The notes: generated by a model from the letters alone, not told the origin. DNA of 64,000 nt from an uncultured delta proteobacterium (GCA_963745025.1 CAVUWD010000009.1:15826-79825), one strand, 5' to 3'. Numbered from the stretch's first letter, positions 55,048 through 64,000 are shown. Program-made: numbers and translations.

Positions 55048-55801
55048 ATGGGAAAGCTAGACGGGCAGGTCGCGCTCATCACCGGCGGCTCGCGCGGCAT
55101 CGGTCGAGGGATCGCGCTCGAGATGGCGCGGGAGGGCGCCGACGTCGTCGTCAACTATCGCAAAGACAAGGCGGCTGCGGAGAAGACCGCGGCGGAGGTG
55201 CGCGCGCTCGGCAGGCGCGCGGCCGTCGGCGAGGCGGACGTCGGAGACTTCGACGCGGTCTTCACGGGTCGTCGATATGAGCAGTCGCGAGCTCGGCGGC
55301 ATCGACATCGTGGTGGCGAATTCCGGCGTCGCATCCCGGCCGGGCCCGATCGCGACCATGGACCCCCAGGAATGGCACCGGGTCATGAATGTCGATCTGC
55401 ACGGCGCGTTCTATACTTGCCGCGCCGCTGTGCCGAAGCTCCTCGAGCGTAAACGCGGCTCCGTCCTCCTGATCTCGTCGGTCGGTGCGGATCTTTGCGC
55501 GCCGTTCGGGGCTCCCTATTATGCGGCAAAGGCCGGCGTGAACGCGCTCGCCAAGGTGTTGGCGCGGGAGCTCGCGCCCGACGGCATCCGCGTGAATGCA
55601 ATCGCGCCCGGGTTCGTGATCTCCGACATGGGCGAGCGCATGGCCAAAGCGCTCGGCGAAGAGACCATGCTTTCCGGCATACCGCTGCGACGTGCTGGCA
55701 CGCCCGAGGAAATCGGCAAGCTCGCCGTCTATCTCGCTTCCACCGACGCCTCTTGGATCACGGGCAAGATCTACCGGATCGACGGCGGTGCGTGGATGTG
55801 A
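55048..55801 (+). CDS. SDR family oxidoreductase (FabG-like), +1 frameshift near 55262
   Basis: TGGSRGIG in first frame; VANSG, YYAAK, VNAIAPG, IDGG in second. Confidence 0.9.
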
Positions 55802-55806
55802 AGAAC

Positions 55807-55885
55807 GGCTACAGGCTACCGACTCCCGCTGAAGATTCCCGGGGTCTTTGTGGCGGTCGTGGCCGGAGGCCGATAGCCGGCAGCC
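55807..55885. repeat. Heptamer-unit palindromic element, copy D
   Basis: GGCTACA GGCTACC GACTCCC - GCTGAAGAT TCCCGGG GTCTTTG - GGAGGCC GATAGCC GGCAGCC then TTTTT; between convergent genes. Confidence 0.78.
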
Positions 55886-55888
55886 TTT

Positions 55889-56269
55889 TTACTGCCCCGT
55901 GATCGGGTAGTTCGGCTCGCCCTTGCAAGCCGCGCAGGCACAGAGATCGCGCAGCTCCTCGACCAGTAAGAGCGTTTCGTGACCGTCGGCCCAGTGCAAC
56001 ATGACGCTCGCGTCCTCGAGTCGAAGCAGTCCTTCGACCTTGCACTCGGACTCTTCCGGCTCCCGTCTTGCCGCTTCGTTCTTCTCACAATCGAGACAAG
56101 GACACAGCCGCCGCAGGCTCGCAAACGGAAAGATGCTGTCGTGCTTATCTTGCCAGGTCACGCCGAGGGCGTAGCGGCCGACCGGCTGGATCGATGCGAT
56201 CGCGTATTTTGGCGGCTTCGGCACGTACCGATCTCGTCGAGGTTTACGTCCTAGAGCTTTTGCAGGCAT
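55889..56269 (-). CDS. Tandem DUF971 (GBBH-like N-terminal) domain protein
   Basis: WQDKHDSIF...LRRLCPCLDC and WADGHET...LRDLCACAAC repeats. Confidence 0.82.
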   Translation of the reverse strand: MPAKALGRKPRRDRYVPKPPKYAIASIQPVGRYALGVTWQDKHDSIFPFASLRRLCPCLDCEKNEAARREPEESECKVEGLLRLEDASVMLHWADGHETLLLVEELRDLCACAACKGEPNYPITGQ

Positions 56270-56292
56270 CCCCGAAAGTCATGGACAGCCCG

Positions 56293-57180
56293 TCAATGGC
56301 TTTCCGGGAACAACGAGTAAGCGTAGGCTCCGGCGGGCGGCGCCCAACTTCCCCGGTACATGAGGTTCGACAGTCCGACCAGCCGAAAGCCCGTCGCCAG
56401 CAGCGGCTTGACGTTCTCGTAGTCACGCGCCGGCACGAGCAGCGAGAGCTCCCCGAGCGTCTCGCCGACGGCGTGCTGAACGAGGCGTCGCAGCGCCTCG
56501 GGTGAGTCGGCGCCGCCAGGGCCGAGCATGGTTCGCCCCGGAGTCGGCATTTGCGCCAGATACCCATCGAGGGTCTTGCCGGAGTGGATCGTGAGGATCT
56601 TCCCGAAGCGGCGGAGAAACTCGAAGTCGCGCTTGCGATCCGAGCCGAACAGGCGGCGGTCGAGCACGAGGATGTCGCTCAGATCCTCGGTTCGCGCCAT
56701 CCGCACCGCCGAATCGCTCTCGTGCTCCTCGCGGAAGCCGGCAGGCAGCGTGAACATCGCCACTTCTTCGCCGAGCGAGTAGCCGATGCGCACGAGGAGC
56801 TCGAAGGACGCAAGGTTCAGGGAGTCCTGCATGATGCGCATCGAACCGGCGTTCGGCTCACGCTCGATCACGGTCTGGAAGAGCTTCGTGCCGACACCAC
56901 GCCCCTGAGCGGCGGGCGCCACGGTCCCTGGGCCGACGGACACCGTCTCGCCGCGGCGCCGGTAGAAGATCGAGCCGATGATGCGCCCTTCCTCGATCGC
57001 GACCAGCGAGCGCTCCGGATCGATCGACAGGTAGGCGGTGGCGGCGAGCGGTCCGACTTGCGGATCTGGATAGAGCGGCGGGCGGTTGTGTCGCGCCATG
57101 AGGTCGTTGAACGCTTCCACCCCGATGCGGCCGACTTCCGGGATGTCCTCCCGAGTCATGCGCCGGATCTCGAACGTCAT
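56293..57180 (-). CDS. GNAT family N-acetyltransferase (two-domain)
   Basis: VGPGTVAPAAQGRGVG motif, second degenerate GNAT domain. Confidence 0.88.
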   Translation of the reverse strand: MTFEIRRMTREDIPEVGRIGVEAFNDLMARHNRPPLYPDPQVGPLAATAYLSIDPERSLVAIEEGRIIGSIFYRRRGETVSVGPGTVAPAAQGRGVGTKLFQTVIEREPNAGSMRIMQDSLNLASFELLVRIGYSLGEEVAMFTLPAGFREEHESDSAVRMARTEDLSDILVLDRRLFGSDRKRDFEFLRRFGKILTIHSGKTLDGYLAQMPTPGRTMLGPGGADSPEALRRLVQHAVGETLGELSLLVPARDYENVKPLLATGFRLVGLSNLMYRGSWAPPAGAYAYSLFPESH

Positions 57181-58061
57181 GCAGACTCTCTAGCGGTCAG
57201 GAACTCGAGCAGCAACCGGTTGACGAGCTCGGGCTGTTCCTCGTTTACCCAGTGGCTGCAATTCGGCACGTAGTGAATGCGAAACGGGCCGGTGAAGAGC
57301 GGCTCCATTCCGTAGGTGAGCTCCTTGCCGAGCGCGACGTCGTTCTCCGCCCAGATGACGAGCGTCGGAGAGGCGATCGCCTTGGGCGAGCGCTCGAGTT
57401 CGCGCATGGCCGAGAAATTGCGAAACGCCGCTCGATAGTAGCTGATCGCCGAGGTGAGCGCCCGGGGTTTCTCGAGCGCCTCTTTGAATTGGCGCAGATC
57501 CTCGTCGCTGAAAGTGTCGGGGCGGATCGCCATGCGACGGAACATGCGCTCGATCAAGCGCTCCGGCGAGACCCGGAAGACGAGCTCGGGAATCACCGGC
57601 AGCTGGAAGAAAAACATATACCAGCTGCGGCCGAGCTGGCGGAAGTTCGAGCGTAGCGCCTTGGCGAAGAGCATCGGATGAGGGCAGTTGAGCACGGCGA
57701 GCTTGTCGACGACCTCTGCGTGCTCGAGCGCCGTCGTCCATGCCACCCCGCCTCCCCAGTCGTGGCCGACGATGTGCGCCTTCTCGCAGCCGAAGGCGGT
57801 CACCAGCGCCGCAACGTCGGCGCCAAGAATCCCCATGCGGTAGTCCGCGACGCGTGGCGGTTTCTCGGTATCGCCGTAGCCGCGGAGGTCCGGTACGACC
57901 ACCTTGAAGCGCTCGGCGAGCGCCAGGATCTGGTGGCGCCAGGCGTACCAGAACTGGGGGAATCCGTGCAGCAAGAGGACCAGCGGTCCCTCGCCCGCCG
58001 TTACGTAGTGGAAGCGGATGCCGTTCGCTTCGACGAAGTCGTGTTTCCAGCCGTCGGTCAT
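57177..58061 (-). CDS. Alpha/beta hydrolase, epoxide hydrolase-like
   Basis: LLHGFP, DLRGYG, GHDWGG, SWYM, SHWV. Confidence 0.94.
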   Translation of the reverse strand: MTDGWKHDFVEANGIRFHYVTAGEGPLVLLLHGFPQFWYAWRHQILALAERFKVVVPDLRGYGDTEKPPRVADYRMGILGADVAALVTAFGCEKAHIVGHDWGGGVAWTTALEHAEVVDKLAVLNCPHPMLFAKALRSNFRQLGRSWYMFFFQLPVIPELVFRVSPERLIERMFRRMAIRPDTFSDEDLRQFKEALEKPRALTSAISYYRAAFRNFSAMRELERSPKAIASPTLVIWAENDVALGKELTYGMEPLFTGPFRIHYVPNCSHWVNEEQPELVNRLLLEFLTARESA

Positions 58062-58076
58062 GACGTGGAGGTCGGT

Positions 58077-58313
58077 TCACCGAAACGCGGGCAGCACACG
58101 ATCGATGAAGAGCTCGTAGCTCTCCCAATCGAACGGCGCGCGAGTCATGATCGACACCGCTTCGAAACAGGTGCCGGTCGGATCGGTGAGCGCCGGGTAG
58201 AAGTGATCCCAAACCGACAGCCACTCGACGCCGTTCTCGTCTGCCATGCGCCACGCACGACGGAGATCGTCGTAGCTGCAATTCTGCGGGCCGGTGTGGA
58301 CGCCGAACTTCAT
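58077..58313 (-). pseudogene. LLM-class flavin/F420-dependent oxidoreductase remnant with in-frame internal deletion
   Basis: MKFGVHTGPQ...SVWDHFY...CFEAVSIMT joined directly to C-terminal RAPFDWE...VLPAF; 78 aa versus ~300 aa expected. Confidence 0.72.
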
Positions 58314-58404
58314 CGACGATCCCAGCCTCCTATCGACCCGCAACGGCGGCTGTCAATCGAAGGGCGGAACCGCACCCTGCGAGAGTTGCAGCGGCGTATT
58401 CTGG

Positions 58405-58460
58405 CGAAATTTTTCGTGTGAAATTTTTCGTTGACAACGCGCGCCCACAGTACCTATTCT
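58405..58460 (+). promoter_or_regulatory. Sigma-70 promoter with upstream 12-bp direct repeat
   Basis: GAAATTTTTCGT x2 (58406, 58420) abutting TTGACA-N18-TATTCT. Confidence 0.62.
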
Positions 58461-58506
58461 CCGCCGCTCACTCCACCCTCCACTGCCCGCCTGGGCGGAG
58501 GTCATC

Positions 58507-59802
58507 ATGAACGTTCTGCTCGTCGAGGACGACAACTCGCACGCCGAGCTCATCCAACGCTCGCTCGCGCGAGGAAATCAGCTCACCGTGCTGCGCGCGC
58601 CGAACGCGCACCGCGCGTTGTCGCTGCTCGACGATCGGCGCTTTCACGTGGTCGTGCTCGACTATTCACTACCGGACCGCGACGGCCTCGACGTGCTGAA
58701 GGACATCCGGACGCGTCACGGCGATCTGCCGGTCGTCTTTCTCACCGCCGCAGACTCGGCGGAGATCTGTGCCAAGGCGCTGAAGGGCGGCGCGGTCGAT
58801 TACGTCGTCAAGAAGCGCAACTATCTGGAGGTACTTCCCGGCATCATCTCGGAGGCGTGCCTGCAGCCGAACTCGGAACCCGCAACCGGCAGCCGGGCCG
58901 ACGACGAACACGGAGACATCGTCGGCGCCAGCGCAGCGATCGATCAGGTGCGTGCGGCGATCCGTAAGGCGGCCGGCTCGACGGCGACTGTGCTGATCGA
59001 GGGCGAGACCGGTACGGGCAAGGAGCTCGTCGCACGGGCGATCCACGAAGCGAGCGACCGGTCGCGCGGACCATTCGTAGCCGTCAACTGCGCGGCGATC
59101 GCCGAGAGCCTGTTCGAGAGCGAGCTCTTCGGCCATACGCGCGGAGCCTTCACGGGAGCCATCGCGGATCGCAAAGGCCTTCTCGAGAGCGCTAACGGCG
59201 GCACCTTGCTCCTCGACGAGGTGGAGGATCTGCCTGCCGGGCCGCAAGTGAAGCTTCTTCGCGTGCTGCAGACGCGCGAGTTCAAGCCGGTTGGCACCTC
59301 GCGCTTCATTCGCTTCGACGCGCGGCTCATCGCGGCGTCGAATCAAGAAATCGAGCGGCTCGTCCAACAACAGCGATTCCGCGCGGACTTGTTCTTTCGC
59401 CTCGACGTGCTGCGCCTGCGCGTGCCGCCGCTCCGAGAGCGCCGCGACGACATCCCACGTCTGGTGGAGCACGCGGTGCGACGCTTCAATCGCGCCAACG
59501 GCACCCGCTACGGTTCGTTTTCCGCCGAGGCCATGACGGCACTCGTCCACCGGCCCTGGCCTGGCAACATTCGCGAGCTCGAAAACGCCATCGAGCGCAC
59601 GCTCGTCAACTCTTGCGATCCGACCATCGACGAGAGCGCGATCCGCGCGGTGGCGGTTCGGTTGAGCGAAGAAGACGAGCGGGAACGGATCGTCGCGGTG
59701 CTCGAGCGCAATCATTGGAATCGTGAGCGCGCCGCTCGCGAGCTCGGTCTTTCGCGTGTGACGTTGTGGCGGCGGATGTCGCGCTACAATCTCTTCTCCT
59801 AA
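58507..59802 (+). CDS. Sigma-54-dependent response regulator (NtrC family: REC-AAA+-Fis HTH)
   Basis: LLVEDD, LDYSLP receiver; GETGTGKE, GAFTGA, WPGNIREL, LGLSRVTLWRRM. Confidence 0.96.
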   Translation: MNVLLVEDDNSHAELIQRSLARGNQLTVLRAPNAHRALSLLDDRRFHVVVLDYSLPDRDGLDVLKDIRTRHGDLPVVFLTAADSAEICAKALKGGAVDYVVKKRNYLEVLPGIISEACLQPNSEPATGSRADDEHGDIVGASAAIDQVRAAIRKAAGSTATVLIEGETGTGKELVARAIHEASDRSRGPFVAVNCAAIAESLFESELFGHTRGAFTGAIADRKGLLESANGGTLLLDEVEDLPAGPQVKLLRVLQTREFKPVGTSRFIRFDARLIAASNQEIERLVQQQRFRADLFFRLDVLRLRVPPLRERRDDIPRLVEHAVRRFNRANGTRYGSFSAEAMTALVHRPWPGNIRELENAIERTLVNSCDPTIDESAIRAVAVRLSEEDERERIVAVLERNHWNRERAARELGLSRVTLWRRMSRYNLFS

Positions 59803-60191
59803 ACGCGGCGACATCTCCGACTGAGCCATCGGTGCGGATGCAGCCGCCGGACCCATGGCGCACAAGCTACGCCCGTTCTTCGCGTCTCGGCGGCTCATCC
59901 GCCGTGCCTGCGGCACGTCCTCGAGTCCGCAGTTATCGCCATGAAAACTTGCGTCACCTGCATTCGAGGCCGCTGATCAACGAATCTGGCCTGAAGTCCC
60001 TGACGCGTTTCACGCAATGCGGCGTTTCAAGCCCCCGGCCGCGGAGGGCCTGACCGGTGCAGCGATTCGTTTCAGCGGCTGACACCATCGTTCCAAGCGG
60101 TCGATCGCGATCCTCGTAAGCTCCTCTTCCCGCGAGCGTCTCCCGGCGGGCACGCAAATCGCATCGCCTCGGCCGATCATCGAGGGTCGCA

Positions 60192-61592
60192 ATGGACGAA
60201 GCCTGGCTAGGATTCATCCCGCTCTGCACCGCTCACGAGCTTCGACGGGACTTTCGCGATCTCCTCGTCGCGGGTCTGCCGGCGGCCTCGGCGAGCCAAA
60301 CCGCGGCCCTGTGGCGGGCCTTCCCCGAACGGGGCTTGGACCTTCTCTGGTGTCGCAACTCTCCTCCGGGGTCCGCACGATTCATCGCAGAGGCGGCTGC
60401 CCTCGACCGAGCGGCACGCGCCGTTCTCTTGGTCGCGCGCTCGACGGTCCGCGACGTGGCGGCGGAGCTTCCCGCCAGCGACCCACTGGGGGCGAACCTC
60501 CGCCGTTTGCTCGGCGGCGAAGCCCTGCGCGCCGCAGATCATCTCGTGATCGCGTTCGACGATCAGCGACGACCGTGCGTTGGCTGGGTCGGCGACTGGA
60601 GCGAGACCGGCCCGCTGCTCGAGCGCGTCGGACGCCTGGCGGAGGAGACGTTGCCGGCACTCGTTCGCGGCGAGACCGGAACGGGAAAGGAAATGATCGC
60701 TCGGGGTCTTCACGTGCTCGGCCGCCGCCGCGAAAAGGAGTTTCTCGCCATCAACTGCGCCGAGCTCCCCGAGAGCATCCTCGAGAGTGAGCTCTTCGGA
60801 TACACACGTGGCGCGTTCACCGGCGCCGGCACCGATCGGATCGGGCTCTTCGAGGCGGCAGGGGAGGGTACGGTCTTCCTCGACGAAATCGGTGAGCTGC
60901 CGCTCGCCGCGCAGGCGAAGCTTCTGCGGGTCCTCGAAGAGCATTGCGTGCGGCGGATCGGCAGCTCGCAGGCGCGACCGCTGTCGTGCCGCATCGTGGC
61001 GGCGACCAATCGGGATTTGCCACGCGACGTCGAACACGGGCGATTTCGAGCCGATCTCTTCTATCGGCTACGCGGCTTCGAGGTGCATCTCCGACCGCTG
61101 CGGGAGCGGCGGGACGACATCCTGCCGCTCGCGCAAATGTTCGCGACGCGCGCCGCGCTGCGTTTCCGCACCGGCCGGATCGAGATCGGCGAAGACGCCA
61201 AGCTGGTGCTGATTTCTCACGCGTGGCCGGGCAACATCCGCGAGCTCCGGCAAACCATCGACGTGGCCACACTGGGGTCACCGGGCGAACGGCTCGACGT
61301 GCGCCAGCTCTCGCTCCTCCCGTTCGCCAACGACGAGCGTTCGGCGGTCGAGCCTCTGTTGACCGCCAATGCCGTCGAGCGCGCTCACATCCTGCGGGCG
61401 CTCGCGTCGACTGCAGGGAACAAGATGGCGGCTGCCAGAATTCTCGGTTTCAGTCGGCAGAGCTTGCAGCGACGCATGATCCGTCACGGGATCTCGCTAC
61501 CCGCCGGAAACGAGCTGCCGCAACCGGCCGAAGCGCCCGGAAACGGCTCGGCGCGACCTTGCAGATCGAACTACTGGAAACAAATTCCTTGA
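60192..61592 (+). CDS. Sigma-54-dependent activator with unrecognised N-terminal domain
   Basis: GETGTGKE, GAFTGA, FLDEIGE, WPGNIREL, C-terminal Fis HTH; start uncertain. Confidence 0.92.
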   Translation: MDEAWLGFIPLCTAHELRRDFRDLLVAGLPAASASQTAALWRAFPERGLDLLWCRNSPPGSARFIAEAAALDRAARAVLLVARSTVRDVAAELPASDPLGANLRRLLGGEALRAADHLVIAFDDQRRPCVGWVGDWSETGPLLERVGRLAEETLPALVRGETGTGKEMIARGLHVLGRRREKEFLAINCAELPESILESELFGYTRGAFTGAGTDRIGLFEAAGEGTVFLDEIGELPLAAQAKLLRVLEEHCVRRIGSSQARPLSCRIVAATNRDLPRDVEHGRFRADLFYRLRGFEVHLRPLRERRDDILPLAQMFATRAALRFRTGRIEIGEDAKLVLISHAWPGNIRELRQTIDVATLGSPGERLDVRQLSLLPFANDERSAVEPLLTANAVERAHILRALASTAGNKMAAARILGFSRQSLQRRMIRHGISLPAGNELPQPAEAPGNGSARPCRSNYWKQIP

Positions 61593-61631
61593 CGGGACCG
61601 AACCTTTTCGCGGCCGCGCGACGAGCGTCGC

Positions 61632-61647
61632 TGGCACGGCAACTGCT
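61632..61647 (+). promoter_or_regulatory. Sigma-54 (-24/-12) promoter
   Basis: TGGCAC-GGCAA-CTGCT fits TGGCAC-N5-TTGCW with exact GG-N10-GC spacing. Confidence 0.75.
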
Positions 61648-61791
61648 GAAGGAATCGAACATGATCCGAGCTACCGCGATCCAAGCCGCGGCATTGCTCG
61701 CCGCAATCATCGCTCGTCGCTCCGACGCGACCGCGCGCTCGACCCATCTGGCCTCCCGGTACCGCTCCACGAACGAGAATGGAGGGCTGAC

Positions 61792-62007
61792 ATGAAGGAT
61801 GTGTACGCGATCTACGAATCGAAAACCGGGGGCCTCGAGCGTTCCCGCTGGGTGCGGGTGGGCGTCGCCTTCGACAACAAGGACGGGTCGCTCAACGTCC
61901 TCCTCGACGCGTTGCCGCTTTCCGGGCGGCTGCAGATTCGTAGCCGCCCGAACGAGGCGCCCAGCGAGGACGGCGACGCGCCGGCCGTAGCTCGTGCAGC
62001 CTCCTGA
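61792..62007 (+). CDS. Small conserved hypothetical beta-rich protein
   Basis: GGAGGG SD; WVRVGVAFDNKDGSLNVLLDALPLSGRLQIR motif, acidic/low-complexity tail. Confidence 0.85.
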   Translation: MKDVYAIYESKTGGLERSRWVRVGVAFDNKDGSLNVLLDALPLSGRLQIRSRPNEAPSEDGDAPAVARAAS

Positions 62008-62018
62008 GCTCCTCGAGA

Positions 62019-63521
62019 TCAGAACCCGAAGATCGTCCGCATCTTGGCGAGCAGGCTCCGCGAGCGGCCTTCCGCCGTGTCGGCAACCGCTGCGCGCCGC
62101 TCCCGGAGCTCGCTCTGCCTGGTGGCGAGCGCGCGCGAAATCGCTTCGGCAATCGACGGGCGTGCCTTGAAGAGGCTTTCGAAACCCTCTCGCTCGACGA
62201 CCAGCAGTCGCGCGTCGCTCTTCGCGCGAACGGTGGCGGCGCGCGGCTCGCCGGTGAGCAGCGACATCTCCCCGAAGAAGGCGGGCGCCTCGAGGTCCCT
62301 CACGTGGGTCTCTTCCCCCTTGATTCCGCGAGCGAGAATTTCGACCGCGCCGCTTCGCACGACGTAGAACGTATCGCCAGCCTCGCCCTCGCGGCAGATC
62401 GTCTCCCCGCGCCCGAACTCCGCCTCGAAGAGATTCGGCACCAGCGTCTCGAGCTCTTCCTCGTCTAGGCCAGTCAAGAAGTCCACTTGGCGAAGTGCTA
62501 CGACCAGCTCACGCTGCCGATCGTCGTAACGTGCGGCGCCAGCGGGCATCCGCTTCACATGAAGCGTACGAATCGGGAACGGGATCTCGATGCCGTTCCG
62601 GCGAAGAGCGTACCAGAGGCTCGTCATGATCTCGTCGCGCACGTGTTCCTGGCGCGAGTAGTCGGTCATCCAGAACCGGATGCGGTACTTCACGGCGAAG
62701 TCGCCGTAGTCAACGACCCAGACTTGCGGCGGCGGGCTCTTGGCGATCTCGGGGTTGTGGTGAAGCACGCGCAGCACGATCTCCTTCACGTGGTTCGGCG
62801 GCACCTCGTACGAGAGACCGACGAAGAGATCGTCGCCGACGGCATCGCCGCGGTAGTTGGTGATCACCTCGCGCGCGAGGTGCGCGTTCGGCACTTCCAG
62901 AAGCTCGAGCGCGCGCGTCACCAGGCGCGTGGATCGCCACCCGATTCCTTGTACACGGCCCAGCTGGTTCCCGAACCGAACCCAATCACCGGGCTGAAAC
63001 GGCTTCTGCAGCTGGAGCGACAGGCCGCTGAAGATGTTGCCGAGCGTGTCTTGGAGGGCGAGGCCGACGACCGCGGTGATCAGTGCCGATGTCGCCAGGA
63101 GCGGCCTGACGTCGATATCGAGCTCGGTCCGGGCCACGACGAGGATGACCACGGCATAGACGAAGAGTGTGGCGAGATCGCGGAAGATGGTCGAGAAGTC
63201 GCGTTGCCGCCGCCGTGCCACGGTGTCGGCGGTGATGACCAGGGCTCGCACCAAACCGAACAAGAACGCGAGAAGCGAGAGCGCCCGCAGAGTCATCGCC
63301 GACTTCCAGGCGGGCGGCATCCACGGAATCACCACTTCGCCACCGAACGCGACCGCCAGAAACAGTATGGCACCGCCGAACCGGCGGCCCAGGACGTCGC
63401 GTCGCAGGTAGAGCCAGAGAAGGCCTAGCGCGGCGAGGAGACCGAGTCCGAGGATCGAGTGCCAAAGCGGACGGACGGCGGCGAGATCGAAGAGGATCTC
63501 GAGGGGGGATCCGGAGAGCAT
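62019..63521 (-). CDS. MscS-family channel with C-terminal cyclic-nucleotide-binding domain
   Basis: GLALQDTLGNIFSG, KPFQPGDW, IEIPFP, then FFGEMSLLTGEPRAATV cNMP motif. Confidence 0.94.
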   Translation of the reverse strand: MLSGSPLEILFDLAAVRPLWHSILGLGLLAALGLLWLYLRRDVLGRRFGGAILFLAVAFGGEVVIPWMPPAWKSAMTLRALSLLAFLFGLVRALVITADTVARRRQRDFSTIFRDLATLFVYAVVILVVARTELDIDVRPLLATSALITAVVGLALQDTLGNIFSGLSLQLQKPFQPGDWVRFGNQLGRVQGIGWRSTRLVTRALELLEVPNAHLAREVITNYRGDAVGDDLFVGLSYEVPPNHVKEIVLRVLHHNPEIAKSPPPQVWVVDYGDFAVKYRIRFWMTDYSRQEHVRDEIMTSLWYALRRNGIEIPFPIRTLHVKRMPAGAARYDDRQRELVVALRQVDFLTGLDEEELETLVPNLFEAEFGRGETICREGEAGDTFYVVRSGAVEILARGIKGEETHVRDLEAPAFFGEMSLLTGEPRAATVRAKSDARLLVVEREGFESLFKARPSIAEAISRALATRQSELRERRAAVADTAEGRSRSLLAKMRTIFGF

Positions 63522-63537
63522 CCGGCGGGCCTACCCT

Positions 63538-63936
63538 CTAGCGCCCGACGAGCGTGATGCGCACGCCGTGCGTCTGCGTCGGATTCAGGTGTCCCGCAGG
63601 CTTGCCATCGACGCCCGGCTTCAGCGTCACCTCGACGCCGCGCTCCGCGAGCGCCGCGTGAGCCGATGCGAGGTCTTCGACCTCGAGCACGAGCTGGTAG
63701 AGACCGGCGCCACGCTCGGCAAGGAAGCTAGACAGCGGAGAGCCTTGGGCGCTCGGCGTGGCCATTTGGATCTCGGCTGGGCCTACTCCCAGGAAGACAC
63801 TGCGCGTCTGCGGGTCGTGCGCTTCGACGCCCGCACGCTGGATCGGGAACCCGAAGTTCTTTCGGAAGGTTGCAACCGCGCCGTCGAGATCGGGAGTTGC
63901 GACGCTGACGATCTTCAGGTCGGTGACTCGGAACAC
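63538..63936 (-). CDS. VOC family protein (methylmalonyl-CoA epimerase-like)
   Basis: FLAERGAGLYQLVLEVEDL, LNPTQTHGVRI; metal ligands appear substituted. Confidence 0.8.
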   Translation of the reverse strand: MFRVTDLKIVSVATPDLDGAVATFRKNFGFPIQRAGVEAHDPQTRSVFLGVGPAEIQMATPSAQGSPLSSFLAERGAGLYQLVLEVEDLASAHAALAERGVEVTLKPGVDGKPAGHLNPTQTHGVRITLVGR

Positions 63937-64000
63937 CGCCCGGTCGCTATCGCACCGCGCGGTGTGGGGTCAAGAGTGTGCTGCCGCGCCTGTCGCGCCT

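Overview
High-GC (visually ~68-70%) bacterial chromosomal segment; gene content and style suggest an uncultured Deltaproteobacteria-like lineage such as Candidatus Binatia (inference only). It is mostly core genome: a complete minus-strand dcw cluster (mraZ-rsmH-ftsL-ftsI-murE-murF-mraY-murD-ftsW-murG-murC-murB-ddl-ftsQ-ftsA-ftsZ) with MraZ boxes, RNase P RNA just upstream, clpB, thiC behind a TPP riboswitch, thiI, rlmD, a large NAD-glutamate dehydrogenase, riboflavin synthase and assorted envelope/metabolic enzymes. No CRISPR array, rRNA, tRNA, prophage or intact transposase was seen. Five genes (ftsZ, thiC, a trans-sulfuration enzyme, a YIP1 protein, an SDR) carry small indels that look like assembly errors, and two genes survive only as N-terminus joined to C-terminus. 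Best candidates for novelty: (1) a dispersed intergenic palindrome family made of 7-bp units around a conserved AAGAC...GTCTT core (six copies); (2) two tandem sigma-54 activators followed by a sigma-54 promoter driving a small uncharacterised beta-rich protein; (3) a small protein joining an IF1-like ATPase-inhibitor motif to a zinc ribbon; (4) a TPP riboswitch with a 58-nt insertion; (5) a probable IS remnant whose ends supply outward-facing -35 boxes.
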